A DNA stretch of 64,000 bases. Origin: Candidatus Bathyarchaeota archaeon. GTDB lineage: Archaea > Thermoproteota > Bathyarchaeia > Bathyarchaeales > Bathycorpusculaceae. Positions 41,046 through 52,349 of this stretch are shown in pieces. Both the position numbers and the translations under genes were made by a program. The stretch spans positions 1 to 64,000 of the forward strand of contig CAVZIW010000006.1 of assembly GCA_963775465.1 (NCBI GenBank), read 5' to 3'. Every line of letters begins with the position of its first letter. Within the stretch, counting starts at the first letter, position 1. A model generated the notes under the pieces. The model searched no databases. It was not told the origin of the DNA and saw only the letters and a program-made list of their open reading frames with translations.

Positions 41046-42326
41046 TTAAACCACAAAGAGGAAGAAAGCCAATGCCACAAGGGTAACTGTAACGCTCACT
41101 GCGGAGATTGCTATGCATTTTGCAATGGAAAATTCGGGTTTAACTGCTTTGACTGCAAAAGTTGTTAACGCGCCAAGCCAAACGTAAGACACAGCGAACA
41201 TTGAGGTTATTATAGTCCTAAATGTTGCAAGTGCTGCCTCCGTATTCGTTACAACCATTTGAGCTTGAGCTGTAAGCACCCCAACTGCCTCGGCAGGGAA
41301 GTATATTGTTCCTAATGGATCAATAAGCAAGCCAAAAGACACATCGTAGGGATAATAGGTTACAGGCATTGCAAAAGTAGCTATAATGTTTACTAGTCCT
41401 CGGATTACCATAACAACCATTGCGAACCCTGCAGCTACAAAGAGCGGTTTCCATGTTGTTGTGTTTTTTGTGGCTCTCAATATGATATAAATAACTCCTG
41501 CTAGAAGCAACCATGTGAAGAGGAATTGCAGCGGGAAGATTTGTAGGAAACGCACTAACACTCCAGCTGGATCATATTGCGTTGGAGTAACATATTCTCC
41601 TCGGAAATACAACGCGCCTAAACGCATGGTTATGTTAGAGTCTGTTGAATAGTCAAATTGAAGTGTGAGCGAGGTTATGTTTGTCCATATAGGGAAACCA
41701 TGTTCTGTCCAACCAGCTGTATCAGGCCCCAATGGGATGGTCAAGTTGTTCCATTGATCAATCAATGTAACATCAGATAGCAAAGGTGTGAGGTCATATG
41801 TGTAGTAATTTGAATCGCTAAGTGAATAAAGCGTCAAAGTCACGGTTTGAGGAGCGCTTTGAGGTTCTACAAGTTTAATGGTCATGGAAAGGTTTTGGAA
41901 GCCGTTTGGGCTGCAATCAACATTAGATGTATTAGTCAATGCAGCAGAAACTGAATTCGCGTTTGTAGAATCCATCTGTAAACTGCTGTTTCCGAACAAG
42001 CTATAGTAAGCATTGGGATCCGATGGCGGAAGCTGTGTACCTGTCACATAAATTGTATTGTTGTAATAATCGTCAAAAGTATTACTTAACTCAAGGTTTG
42101 AGCTGCTATCCCAATTGGTGGCGTTTGTAAAGGTCTGCATCAACCCAGCAACCGGAGAAGTCAACTCCAATCTAGCTCTAGAAAACTGAGAATACTCGTA
42201 ACCGATTTGCAACCCTATGAAGAGAAGAAGTATAACTATTACTCCAAGATACTTGGGATTATCAATGATTTGCTTGAACGCCTTATGCGGCGCAGTAAGA
42301 ACCTTCACGATGTCATCGAGAAACAT
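41046..42326 (-). CDS. Yip1-like membrane protein with extracellular domain
   Basis: VLTAPHKAFKQI N-terminus, one TM, soluble domain, then several TMs. Confidence 0.7.
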   Translation of the reverse strand: MFLDDIVKVLTAPHKAFKQIIDNPKYLGVIVILLLFIGLQIGYEYSQFSRARLELTSPVAGLMQTFTNATNWDSSSNLELSNTFDDYYNNTIYVTGTQLPPSDPNAYYSLFGNSSLQMDSTNANSVSAALTNTSNVDCSPNGFQNLSMTIKLVEPQSAPQTVTLTLYSLSDSNYYTYDLTPLLSDVTLIDQWNNLTIPLGPDTAGWTEHGFPIWTNITSLTLQFDYSTDSNITMRLGALYFRGEYVTPTQYDPAGVLVRFLQIFPLQFLFTWLLLAGVIYIILRATKNTTTWKPLFVAAGFAMVVMVIRGLVNIIATFAMPVTYYPYDVSFGLLIDPLGTIYFPAEAVGVLTAQAQMVVTNTEAALATFRTIITSMFAVSYVWLGALTTFAVKAVKPEFSIAKCIAISAVSVTVTLVALAFFLFVV

Positions 42327-42546
42327 AGTCTTTGCTCCATTTGCAAGGGAGAAATAACGCCCGATTTATTAAGTGTTTGTCAAATCTTTAAACAATAAAA
42401 CAAATCAGCAAGTAAATTTATGAAAAATTAGGCAAACCACAACTAAATATCTTAACAAACTATTTGGCATTCAGTTGGAATGAAAAACCTGCACTTATTT
42501 TGCAAACATTTTAAATCCCTAAACACGATTTCAAAATACGATTGAC

Positions 42547-42813
42547 ATGACCCGAATAAAATGCAAAAAATGCAATAACGTTTGCGAACAAAACTTCGGA
42601 ACAGCTGTCTTAGCGCCGCACATTGGACCACTGCATTATATCAAATGTCCAGCTTGCGGAAAAAGGAGTTGGGTCAACATCTACTCATCTTCAAAAGACC
42701 CAATCACTTGGCCACCAGACGCGAAACAACAAGAACAAGACTTAAAACCTGAGTTAAGCGAAGAAGAACTTGAAAAGAAGCACATAGAAGACTCTAAATA
42801 CGAAAAAATATAA
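42547..42813 (+). CDS. Zinc-ribbon protein
   Basis: CKKC...CPACG. Confidence 0.7.
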   Translation: MTRIKCKKCNNVCEQNFGTAVLAPHIGPLHYIKCPACGKRSWVNIYSSSKDPITWPPDAKQQEQDLKPELSEEELEKKHIEDSKYEKI

Positions 42814-42833
42814 TCTAATTAAGCATTTGGCAT

Positions 42834-43772
42834 GTGCCTGCTATGATTGACACAAAAAACCTAACTCGAAAATTCGGCAACTTAACCGCTGTTGACAACC
42901 TGACGCTTCGAGTTGAAGACGGAGAAGTATTCGGTTTCTTAGGACCCAACGGCGCAGGTAAAACCACTACGGTGCGCATGCTTTGTTGTCTAATAGGCAA
43001 AACCAGCGGCGAAGCTACAATAGGAAACTACACGATAGATAAGGAAGAAGATTGCTTAAAGATCCGAAAAATGGTAGGTTTTCTTCCTGAAAACGTCGGA
43101 TTATACGATAGCCTAAGTGCTTACAGGAACCTTGATTTTTACGGACAACTATACGAGGTTCCAGAGTCTAAACGCAAAGAGAACATTGAACATCTTCTAA
43201 AATTGCTTGGGATTTGGGAACGACGCGAAGATGCAGCAGGGACTTTTAGCAAAGGTATGAAACAAAAACTTGCTATTGCACGAGCTCTCATACATGATCC
43301 CCAGCTCTTATTTCTTGATGAACCAACTGCCAATCTTGACCCTGAAGCCTCAAAAACTGTTAGAGACTTTGTCGTTGAACTTAAGAAAGAAAAACGAACA
43401 ATTTTCATTAATACACATAATTTAGATGAGGCAGACCGTCTCTGCGACCGAATCGCTATTCTAAAAACGAAGCTGATTGCGGTTGATTCCCCCAAAAATT
43501 TGGAACGCAGTCTCTACAAACGCAAAACTATAATTCACTTAGAAAGTTTGTCGAACAAAATCATTGATGCCGTAGAAAAATTGTCATCAGTTAAGAACGT
43601 GCGATCAAGTGATAACAAGCTGATCCTTGATATTGATAACCCTGAAAAAGATAACCCTGAAGTGGTAAAAACCATCGTAAAAGCAGATGGAAACATACAG
43701 TACGTAACTGAATTACGCTCCACACTTGAAGACGTTTACTTAAAACTAATACGGGAGGCTCAATCCAAATGA
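42834..43772 (+). CDS. ABC transporter ATP-binding protein (ABC-2 type)
   Basis: GPNGAGKTT, FSKGMKQK, LDEPT. Confidence 0.95.
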   Translation: MPAMIDTKNLTRKFGNLTAVDNLTLRVEDGEVFGFLGPNGAGKTTTVRMLCCLIGKTSGEATIGNYTIDKEEDCLKIRKMVGFLPENVGLYDSLSAYRNLDFYGQLYEVPESKRKENIEHLLKLLGIWERREDAAGTFSKGMKQKLAIARALIHDPQLLFLDEPTANLDPEASKTVRDFVVELKKEKRTIFINTHNLDEADRLCDRIAILKTKLIAVDSPKNLERSLYKRKTIIHLESLSNKIIDAVEKLSSVKNVRSSDNKLILDIDNPEKDNPEVVKTIVKADGNIQYVTELRSTLEDVYLKLIREAQSK

Positions 43773-44530
43773 GACTTTGGAAATCTTTAATTGTAACCAA
43801 AAAAGACCTGAGTGTTTTCCGCAAGAACAAGTATGTTCTCTACTCATTAATCGCCATGCCCATCATACTCGGGGTGGTTCTACCAATAATTTTCATATTT
43901 GCGCTAAACGCCGAAATTACCTCTGGAGCACTTTCTCACGAGCAAGCGTTAGCTGCTGCAGGTCAAATTGTAAATTTAGCAACAATGTATTTTGTTCTAA
44001 TTCCAGCGATTCTCCCTTCAATTATAGCTTCCTATAGCTTTGTCGGGGAAAAAATAGAAAAGAGCTTAGAGCCTCTGCTCGCAACTCCAACAACAGACGG
44101 CGAATTATTACTTGGCAAGAGCTTAGCTTCATTCATTCCTTGTATGGTTGTAACGTATGTTGGAGCAGCAATATCAGCGATAATAATTGATGTCTGGTCA
44201 GTAACTACAAGTCAAATTGGAACGATCTTAATTCCAAACCAATACTGGTTGATAGTTATTGGCGTAATTGCCCCTCTTGCATGCATTATGAGTGTCGAAG
44301 CAAACATAATCGTTTCCTCCAAAGTAAACGACATACGAGCGGCGCAGCAGTTAGGTGGCTTAATCGTGTTGCCGTTGATTTTCCTTGTGATTTTTGCCTC
44401 GACAAGCGCTCAACTCTCAACAATAATAGCTATAGCGGTAATTGTAGCCTTAGCGGTTGCAGATATAGCATTGTTCTACCTTAGCAAGGCAACCTTTCAA
44501 CGCGAAGAAATCCTTACCAAATGGAAGTAA
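43769..44530 (+). CDS. ABC-2 type permease
   Basis: SFVGEKIEKSLEPLLATP...LLGK motif; six TMs. Confidence 0.9.
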   Translation: MRLWKSLIVTKKDLSVFRKNKYVLYSLIAMPIILGVVLPIIFIFALNAEITSGALSHEQALAAAGQIVNLATMYFVLIPAILPSIIASYSFVGEKIEKSLEPLLATPTTDGELLLGKSLASFIPCMVVTYVGAAISAIIIDVWSVTTSQIGTILIPNQYWLIVIGVIAPLACIMSVEANIIVSSKVNDIRAAQQLGGLIVLPLIFLVIFASTSAQLSTIIAIAVIVALAVADIALFYLSKATFQREEILTKWK

Positions 44531-44633
44531 CCCCCTACAACTTTTTTTATAATTTTTTGAGTCTAAACGGTCAACGCTGAGAAATTCCTTTAAGAGCAAG
44601 CTGTCTATTGTAAGTTTTAAGGCGGGGACGGTC

Positions 44634-47600
44634 ATGTCGAAAACCAATCAGAATGGCAACAGCAATGATACTGTTGCTAGCACATTGACATTTCTAAGCA
44701 CCGAAGAAATGATAACCCTGCCCCACGAAGAACTCCTAAAACGCTTAAGAACAACTCCACGGGGACTCAGCTCTGAGCAAGCATCCGAAAACCTCGAAAC
44801 CTATGGTCCAAACGAACTCGCCCGCGAACACAAACACTCCGCTATCAAAGAGTTCCTGCTACATTTCAAAAGCCCCCTTGTAATCATTCTTCTGATTGCA
44901 GGCATAATCACAGGCATTTTGGGACAGCTAACCAATACCACTATCATTTTTGTTATAATTTTTGTCAGTATTATTCTGGACTATTATCAAGAATCGAAAG
45001 CTGAAAAAGCAGCACAACTATTGAAACAAAAAGTCACAACCACGGCAACGGTTCTTAGGGACAATGTTAAACAAGAAATAAAGTTGCCAGAAATTGTCCC
45101 GGGAGATATAATTTTTCTTTCTGCCGGCGACATAGCTCCGGCTGACGCCCGGGTAATCAATGCCAAAGATCTATTCATCAACCAATCCGCGTTAACAGGT
45201 GAATCTTTTCCTGTAGAGAAAACCTCCAACCAAGTAAAAGCTAGCTCCGGTTCTATTGTTGAATGGACCAATTACTGTTTTATGGGTACTTCAGTTGTAA
45301 GCGGCACTGCAACAGCAGTTGTAGTTAGAACCGGTAGTACAACTGAATACGGAAAAATCGCCAAGAAATTAATCGAAAAACATCCAGAGACCGAATTTGA
45401 AAGAGGTATCAAGAGTTTTGGCTTCTTAATCATGCAAGTAACCTTCCTTTTGGTTATGTTCGTCTTTTTGATAATCTCGGTGCGAAATCCCACAACAGAT
45501 GGCGTTGTGGATGCGTTGCTTTTTGCAGTTGCCTTGGCAGTTGGGTTAACTCCTGAACTTTTACCGATGATAATCACCATTAACCTCTCTAGGGGTGCTA
45601 TGGCAATGTCCAAAAAAGGCGTCATAGTAAAACGTTTATCCGCTATCGAAAACTTTGGCAGCATGAACGTACTCTGCACCGATAAGACAGGTACACTTAC
45701 CGAGAACCGTATCAAACTCATTCTTAACGTTGACCTGGAAGGCAAAGAAGACGAAAAAGTTTTCCTTTACTCATTCCTGAATAGCAATTTCCAAACTGGA
45801 CTGCGAAGCCCACTGGACGAAGCCATTCTAAGACATAAAGAAGTTGATACTTCTCAATACATGAAAATTGATGAAGTCCCATTTGACTTTATTCGTAGAC
45901 GTGTCTCCGTTGTGGTTGAGAATGAAGGTGAACGATTCTTCATAGCTAAAGGTGCTCCGGAAGAAATACTCAAAGTTTGTTCTTATTACGAATTAGACAA
46001 GGTGGTTGCCGACCTAGGTGACGAAGCCCGAAAAAGAATCGAGCAGAAATATACTGACTACAGTGCAGAAGGTCTTAGAGTTTTAAGTATCGCTTACAAG
46101 AGGCTAAAAGTAGACAAAGCGGTTTACTCGATAAATGATGAAACAGACATGGTATTTTTGGGCTTTGTGGCTTTTCTTGATCCTCCCAAGGAAACAGCCA
46201 AACAATCGCTCCGGTTACTGGGAAAAGCAGGAATAGAACTCAAAATCTTAACAGGTGACAACGAGTTAGTTACCAGAAAAGTATGTGAGGAACTCGGATT
46301 CGAAGTAAAAGGAGTTGCCCTTGGAAACGACATAGCTAACATAACAGACGAAGCACTTATGGCAATCGTCGAAGAAGCCAACGTCTTCTGTAGAGTCAAC
46401 CCCGTCCAGAAGGACCGAATAATCACACTGCTAAAGAAAAACGGACACGTAGTCGGTTACATGGGCGACGGAATAAACGATGCTCCCTCCCTGCGAACAA
46501 GTGATGTTGGAATCTCGGTCGACAACGCAGTTGATGTCGCAAGAGAGTCAGCTGACATCATACTCTCCAGAAGCGACTTAACCGTTCTAGCTGAAGGCAT
46601 CTTGGAAGGAAGAAAAACATTTGGCAACACCATGAAATACATTCAGCTAGGCGTCAGCTCAAACTTTGGCAACATGTTTAGCGTTGCCGGTGCATCGGTA
46701 TTCTTACCCTTTCTACCCATGTTACCCGTCCAAATTCTACTAAACAACCTTCTCTACGACATGTCCCAATCAACAATCACAACCGACAGAGTAGACGACG
46801 AATACGTTGAACGCCCCAAACGCTGGGACATTGCCTTCATCAGACGATTTATGATTTCATTAGGTCCCGTAAGTTCCCTTTTTGATTTCTTTACCTTTTT
46901 CACAATGCTCTTCGTGTTTATTCCAATAATACCCGCCGCTCTATTATCAAATCCACAGTATCCAGAGCACTTGTTCCAGACTGCATGGTTTATCGAATCT
47001 CTCTGTTCACAGGTACTAGTTGTTTTCGTGATAAGAACCAGGCGAAAACCGTTTTGGAAGAGTAAACCAAGCAAATACCTTCTAATTAGTAGCGCAGCAA
47101 TCGTAACATTCGCTTTAACTGTACCTTTCACTCCGCTTGGAGAAATATTTGGTTTTGTTGCACCCCCATTACTATTTTACCTCGCATTGGCAGCGTTATT
47201 AGGTGGATACCTGGCAACTACTGAAATCGTAAAAATCTGGTTCTACAAACGAAACGCCTATCGTCTCGAACAGATTCTGGTGCCCAAGAGAGCATTATAT
47301 GTTACTAAGACAGCTAAACTGATGCAGGACATGATTGCTACAATAAGTCTCCGAATAGTCGATGAATTCTCTATTGAATCCTTAAACGACGACCTAAACA
47401 CCGCGATAACATATCCTATCAACTCAAACCAGATGGCAAGAAACCTTCAATACCTGAGACGATCAGGATTAATCAGCGTAGACTGGAACAAAAGAGTCAT
47501 AAAACGCGAAAAAGCACTAGATGAATACGTTAAAAAAAGCATTATTGGCGGTCCATTATGGCCAAGCATAAGCGAAGATTGGCGCAAAATACACAATATA

Positions 47601-47660
47601 ATTCTTGAAAAACATGGTGAAGTAAATCCTGAATATCGAGAACTACTCATAAAGCAATAA
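44634..47660 (+). CDS. mgtA: Magnesium-translocating P-type ATPase with C-terminal extension
   Basis: TGES, GLTPELLPMI, DKTGTLT, PFDFIRRR, TGDN, GDGINDAP, SSNFGNMFS, FQTAWFIES. Confidence 0.92.
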   Translation: MSKTNQNGNSNDTVASTLTFLSTEEMITLPHEELLKRLRTTPRGLSSEQASENLETYGPNELAREHKHSAIKEFLLHFKSPLVIILLIAGIITGILGQLTNTTIIFVIIFVSIILDYYQESKAEKAAQLLKQKVTTTATVLRDNVKQEIKLPEIVPGDIIFLSAGDIAPADARVINAKDLFINQSALTGESFPVEKTSNQVKASSGSIVEWTNYCFMGTSVVSGTATAVVVRTGSTTEYGKIAKKLIEKHPETEFERGIKSFGFLIMQVTFLLVMFVFLIISVRNPTTDGVVDALLFAVALAVGLTPELLPMIITINLSRGAMAMSKKGVIVKRLSAIENFGSMNVLCTDKTGTLTENRIKLILNVDLEGKEDEKVFLYSFLNSNFQTGLRSPLDEAILRHKEVDTSQYMKIDEVPFDFIRRRVSVVVENEGERFFIAKGAPEEILKVCSYYELDKVVADLGDEARKRIEQKYTDYSAEGLRVLSIAYKRLKVDKAVYSINDETDMVFLGFVAFLDPPKETAKQSLRLLGKAGIELKILTGDNELVTRKVCEELGFEVKGVALGNDIANITDEALMAIVEEANVFCRVNPVQKDRIITLLKKNGHVVGYMGDGINDAPSLRTSDVGISVDNAVDVARESADIILSRSDLTVLAEGILEGRKTFGNTMKYIQLGVSSNFGNMFSVAGASVFLPFLPMLPVQILLNNLLYDMSQSTITTDRVDDEYVERPKRWDIAFIRRFMISLGPVSSLFDFFTFFTMLFVFIPIIPAALLSNPQYPEHLFQTAWFIESLCSQVLVVFVIRTRRKPFWKSKPSKYLLISSAAIVTFALTVPFTPLGEIFGFVAPPLLFYLALAALLGGYLATTEIVKIWFYKRNAYRLEQILVPKRALYVTKTAKLMQDMIATISLRIVDEFSIESLNDDLNTAITYPINSNQMARNLQYLRRSGLISVDWNKRVIKREKALDEYVKKSIIGGPLWPSISEDWRKIHNIILEKHGEVNPEYRELLIKQ

Positions 47661-47679
47661 AAAATATAGACTGAAAATC

Positions 47680-48015
47680 TTAGGAATTAGATGTGAGTTC
47701 TGACAACTGTGATTTGCTTAGTCCAACTCCAGGTGTGGCGTCAAGCCTTTTGCGAACTTTGCCCTTTTTAAATAATAGTACAGTGGGATAGTATTCTATA
47801 TCGTATTTGTCGCATAATTCGGGCTTGTCATCGACTACTACACTTAGGCACTCAAGTGGATTGGTTTTCGCGTACTCTTGAAATATCGGTAGAAACCGCT
47901 GTGAATGAGGACACCATGATGCATAGAACAAAACGAATGCTTTCTCCTTGGATTCTAACTCTGCATCTAAATTGTCTTGGGTTTGTTTTTTACTAGATTT
48001 ATCTGCTTTAGACAT
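47680..48015 (-). CDS. Thioredoxin-like protein (WCPHS)
   Basis: FYASWCPHS...YDIEYYPT. Confidence 0.85.
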   Translation of the reverse strand: MSKADKSSKKQTQDNLDAELESKEKAFVLFYASWCPHSQRFLPIFQEYAKTNPLECLSVVVDDKPELCDKYDIEYYPTVLLFKKGKVRKRLDATPGVGLSKSQLSELTSNS

Positions 48016-48020
48016 GTTTT

Positions 48021-48752
48021 TTATATCTCCCTATCTTCCTCAGGGTAATGACTGCTATCGCAAAACGGTTTGTTGCTGGATTTTCCGCATCGACAAAGAG
48101 TTAAACGGTTTCTAACCTCATACATCTTTCCGTTGGCAGAAAATACAGGAATTCCGCCACGAACCCATAGCGGACCATCAACACCCATAGCGGGGTCTTG
48201 GATAAAACCAATAGATTTCTCAAGTGCCGGCTCAATTGTCTTTCCGCTTTCTTTGTCAACTACGACTAAGCGACCTGAAGGGCAATCAGAAGAGTTTTCT
48301 ATAACGTTTTTCCTCGCCCATTGCTCATCGGTTTTCAATATTATATCCCAAATATCTCCACCTCGATGACAAAAACGTGCTGAAGCGCAAAGCATCTCAG
48401 CATCCTTCAACTTCAAAGAAGGACCATTAAACTCTTTTGCCATCTGTTCAAAAGGCAAGTTTTCACTTGTTTCTGCCCCATCAAAATTAGCTTTTACATG
48501 GGACCCATCGCAGAATGGTTTTTTTCTTGATTTTCCACAACGACAAAGAGAGTATTTATCTGAAGTTTGCAGTTTTTCTCCAATTAACCATTCGGCTGGA
48601 GTTTTTTCTTTATTACATTTTATTGTCATTGGATACAAGGGAATGTTTCCAGAAACAAAGTACGGTCCATCCTTTATGACCCTAATTTTAGCGTCATTCG
48701 CTGTTAATGGCTCTTTTATGTTCTCCAATGGCCTCAACTCATACAATAACAA
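48021..48752 (-). CDS. CDGSH iron-sulfur protein (two CDGSH domains around a divergent ferredoxin-like domain)
   Basis: LCRCGKSRKKPFCDGSH, CASARFC...CPSGRL, LCRCGKSSNKPFCDSSH. Confidence 0.92.
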   Translation of the reverse strand: MLLYELRPLENIKEPLTANDAKIRVIKDGPYFVSGNIPLYPMTIKCNKEKTPAEWLIGEKLQTSDKYSLCRCGKSRKKPFCDGSHVKANFDGAETSENLPFEQMAKEFNGPSLKLKDAEMLCASARFCHRGGDIWDIILKTDEQWARKNVIENSSDCPSGRLVVVDKESGKTIEPALEKSIGFIQDPAMGVDGPLWVRGGIPVFSANGKMYEVRNRLTLCRCGKSSNKPFCDSSHYPEEDREI

Positions 48753-49068
48753 AAACTGAAATATTTGGTTCGCAGTTCAAGAAAGATGTTTTTCGTTATT
48801 AAATTTTTTGTAGAGTACCAATACAGTTTTTTTGGCAGATATCCATTGGCAAAATTCAGTTTAGAAAGCCTCCGTAACTCTATTTCTTAATTACTTTTGT
48901 TAAACAAAATAGAATTATTCTTGGCCTAATTATTTTTTGTTTAACATGGCACTTTGTTTTTCCTTTTTCGTATGGAAATTTTTCTGCTCGAACAATATAA
49001 TAAAGGATAATGGGTTGTGTCGTAAAAGATTTTATTAATATAAGTGTGTTATAGTCAAGCTGATATTC

Positions 49069-49422
49069 ATGGACCCTCAATGCGAAATGATCGGCAAATA
49101 CGTTCTGCCAATATATAGATCATTACTTGCGAGGGAACTTGTGGAAAAATACAATTTTTCGCAAACGCAAGCAGCCAAACGTCTTGGCACCACTCAAGCA
49201 GCCGTAAGTCAATATCTCAGTTCAAAACGTGCCATCAAAGGAATCGAGCATGTTGAACAATTTCTTCCTAAAATTCAAGCCATGGCTTCTGAAACTGCAA
49301 AAAAAATAGTGAACAAAGAAATCAGCGCTGGCGACGTAACTGTTGATTTCTGTCATCTTTGCACTACATTTTGCAAAAAAGGCTCGCCTAAATCTGATGA
49401 TGCACCAGAGTATTACATCTAA
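49069..49422 (+). CDS. HTH transcriptional regulator (COG2522-like)
   Basis: PQCE...LP..R..LARELV...SQTQAAKRLGTTQAAVSQYLS.KR; CHLC. Confidence 0.85.
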   Translation: MDPQCEMIGKYVLPIYRSLLARELVEKYNFSQTQAAKRLGTTQAAVSQYLSSKRAIKGIEHVEQFLPKIQAMASETAKKIVNKEISAGDVTVDFCHLCTTFCKKGSPKSDDAPEYYI

Positions 49423-49502
49423 CTCTTAAACTCTACAACACTAATTTAGACAGATAACGAGTGGAAACTGATTATTCAATGAGTAGACCAGGGCTTAACT
49501 TT

Positions 49503-50180
49503 CTAATTATCTGCTATATTTGACCAAAATTTTCTTTTAGCGAAAACAAATGATGTAATGCTAGTGATTAACACCGTGCTAACAAACAAGATGTTGGCAG
49601 CAGTAAGCCATTGTGGGTTTTGAGACATAAAAAGGCACACAGAAGCAAAAAGATATAATGAAACTGCCCCCATAGCAAATTGAGTTATCGTTAGAACCTT
49701 TCTACCCTGGTAAGCTTTAGACTTTAACCCGTTCAAGACAGTTTCAACTCTTTTCGAGACGTCTGGGAGATCATCCAAAATCAATGTTAAGCCGCCAAGC
49801 AGAAAGAACCGTCCGACATTAACTGCCATAGTTGTGTTGTTAACAAAGAAAATTGAGAGGATTGATACTGGGCTATAGAAAAATATGTAGATTGCTGTGA
49901 AAATCAGGACTAAAAACCCATAAAAATAGTGGTGAAACAGAAAACGCCCAGTTTTTAAAGATCTTCCAAGGCATGCACTTGGAAAAATGTTTAGGGTAGC
50001 CGCAGCGATCGCAAACCAAATAAAGTTGCCGTTTAGAAGGAAAGGGTAAAATGGCTGCCAATTGGGAAAAATCCAGTAGAACCCTGCTAGGATCCCAACG
50101 GCGCATGCAATAGTTAACAGTGAGTTGAAAACTAATGAGAGACTGTAAGTTTTTTTGGTAAGCACCCAGATTTTTCTCAT
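49503..50180 (-). CDS. Membrane protein, unknown function
   Basis: Multiple TMs, FLFHHYFYG motif; probable ATG start at 50180. Confidence 0.7.
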   Translation of the reverse strand: MRKIWVLTKKTYSLSLVFNSLLTIACAVGILAGFYWIFPNWQPFYPFLLNGNFIWFAIAAATLNIFPSACLGRSLKTGRFLFHHYFYGFLVLIFTAIYIFFYSPVSILSIFFVNNTTMAVNVGRFFLLGGLTLILDDLPDVSKRVETVLNGLKSKAYQGRKVLTITQFAMGAVSLYLFASVCLFMSQNPQWLTAANILFVSTVLITSITSFVFAKRKFWSNIADN

Positions 50181-50342
50181 CAGTAGTCCTCTTCGCTGTT
50201 GTTGCGAAAATTTGGCGAGCAAAAAATATAAGGATACTTCTAAAAAATGTTTTTGCAACTTTAGAAAGTCTGCAACGTAATGATTTAAACTTCGGTAAGC
50301 GATGATGAAAGGACAAAAAGTTCTTTAAAACTGTCTGTATCG

Positions 50343-50897
50343 CTACAGCATGCGCAACAAATCTGCTTTGGTAATTATTCCAACTATAGACCCTTTTTTG
50401 GATACTAAAACAGCTGAATATGATTGGAGAAGGCTTGTAATTAGCGGCAATGGTGCGTCTTCGTTTATTTGTGGGAAAGCTTCTTCCATGATGCTTTCTG
50501 TTGGAAGTTTGGAGATATCCTCTAAGTCTTTACCCGAGAGGATTTGTCGAAGAATGGCTCTTTCCGATATGCTTCCCACTGATTGTTTGCCCTCGAAAAC
50601 TGGGATTTGAGAATAGCTGTGTTCTTTCATTATCTTTACGACTTTTGATACTGGAGCAGTTTTTTGTACACTGATAACTTCGTTATGCAGAATTTTTTCT
50701 GCTTGAATTTTGGTTTTAAATTCTAATCGTTCGAGAACATCAAAAATTGTTTTAACTTTTGTGTATGACGAATCAATGGTTCCTGCTTCGAGTTTGGCTA
50801 TAAGGGATTGGCTTACTCCTGCCATTTTGGCTAGTTCTTTTTGTTTAAGGCCAAGTTGTCTTCGACGTTTGGCGATGTCTTCAAGGGTTGGAAACAT
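50343..50897 (-). CDS. XRE-HTH plus CBS-pair regulator (COG3620-like)
   Basis: RRQLGLKQKELAKMAGVSQSLIAKLEAG; YSQIPV; GIITKADLL; divergent from the met genes. Confidence 0.92.
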   Translation of the reverse strand: MFPTLEDIAKRRRQLGLKQKELAKMAGVSQSLIAKLEAGTIDSSYTKVKTIFDVLERLEFKTKIQAEKILHNEVISVQKTAPVSKVVKIMKEHSYSQIPVFEGKQSVGSISERAILRQILSGKDLEDISKLPTESIMEEAFPQINEDAPLPLITSLLQSYSAVLVSKKGSIVGIITKADLLRML

Positions 50898-51008
50898 GTT
50901 TTAGGAATGGATTTGATGGTTTAATATTCTTTTTGGAATATTTCTTACAACAACCCATATAACGCTGTTATCAATGTTTGTGTATAACCAAAACAAGAGG
51001 CAAGAAAA

Positions 51009-52310
51009 ATGCCAACCAAAAAAATAGATACCCTCGCCCTACATGCAGGGCAAGAAAAACCTGATCCAACAACAGGATCAAGAGCAGTACCAATATACCA
51101 AACAACATCCTATGTGTTTGAGAGCACAGAAAATGCAGCAAACCTTTTCGCTCTAAAAAAAGTAGGTAACATTTATACAAGAATGATGAACCCAACAAGC
51201 GACATTTTCGAAAAAAGAGTCGCAGCTATCGAAGGCGGAACGGGCGCCTTAGCCGTCGCATCAGGACAAGCTGCAATATCACTTGCATTATTAACAATAA
51301 CTCAGCCAGGTGACGAGATCCTAGCCGCAAATAACCTATACGGCGGTACCTACAGCCTACTGCACTACACGTTCCCAAAACTCGGAAGAACAACAAAATT
51401 CGTCGATTCACAAAAACTCAGCGAATTCAAAAACGCAATTTCACCAAAAACCCGAGCCATCTATGCTGAAACAATTGGCAACCCAAAACTTGATGTGCCC
51501 GACTTTGAAGCTTTAGCAAAAATCGCTCATGAAGTCGGCATCCCCCTGGTTATAGATAACACAGTTGGTGTCGGTCTAGTAAAACCAATTGACTTTGGCG
51601 CGGACATAATTGCTACATCCGCAACTAAATACATTGGCGGACATGGCACAAGCATCGGAGGCATAATCGTTGACTCAGGTAAATTCCAGTGGAACAATGG
51701 GAAATTTCCAGAATTCACTGAACCCGACCCAAGTTACCACGGAGTAAAATACTGGGATGATTTCGGCAAATTCCCCGGATTAGGAAACGTAGCATTCATC
51801 TTCAAAGTGAGGGTTCAACTATTACGGGATTTAGGTCCAGCATTAAGCCCATTCAACGCGTTCCTATTTCTCCAAGGACTCGAAGACCTGCCCCTGCGAC
51901 AACGAAGACATTCAGAGAACGCGCTTCAAGTCGCTCAGTTCCTAAAAAAACACCCCTTAGTTACATGGGTAAATTATCCAGGCTTACCAGATAACCTAAA
52001 CTATAAACTTGCTTTAAAGTACCTAAAAAAACACTTCGGTGGTCTAATAGGCTTTGGCATCAAAGGTGGTTTAACATCAGGCAAAAAATTCATCGAATCC
52101 GTAAAACTACTTTCGCATGTTGCTAACATCGGGGATGCAAAAAGCTTGGTAATTCATCCAGCATCAACTACCCATCAACAACTCACAACAGAAGAGCAAG
52201 CTACAACAGGTGTAACTCCCGACTATGTTAGACTCTCAATTGGTTTAGAAGATCCAGAAGATATAATCGCGGACATAGATCAAGCTCTTAAAACCTCAGC
52301 CAAAGAATAA
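51009..52310 (+). CDS. metY: O-acetylhomoserine aminocarboxypropyltransferase (sulfhydrylase)
   Basis: [47 protein letters not shown]. Confidence 0.95.
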   Translation: MPTKKIDTLALHAGQEKPDPTTGSRAVPIYQTTSYVFESTENAANLFALKKVGNIYTRMMNPTSDIFEKRVAAIEGGTGALAVASGQAAISLALLTITQPGDEILAANNLYGGTYSLLHYTFPKLGRTTKFVDSQKLSEFKNAISPKTRAIYAETIGNPKLDVPDFEALAKIAHEVGIPLVIDNTVGVGLVKPIDFGADIIATSATKYIGGHGTSIGGIIVDSGKFQWNNGKFPEFTEPDPSYHGVKYWDDFGKFPGLGNVAFIFKVRVQLLRDLGPALSPFNAFLFLQGLEDLPLRQRRHSENALQVAQFLKKHPLVTWVNYPGLPDNLNYKLALKYLKKHFGGLIGFGIKGGLTSGKKFIESVKLLSHVANIGDAKSLVIHPASTTHQQLTTEEQATTGVTPDYVRLSIGLEDPEDIIADIDQALKTSAKE

Positions 52311-52349
52311 AAACCAACCAGACTTCTCTTTTCGGAGGAAAGAAAGCTT

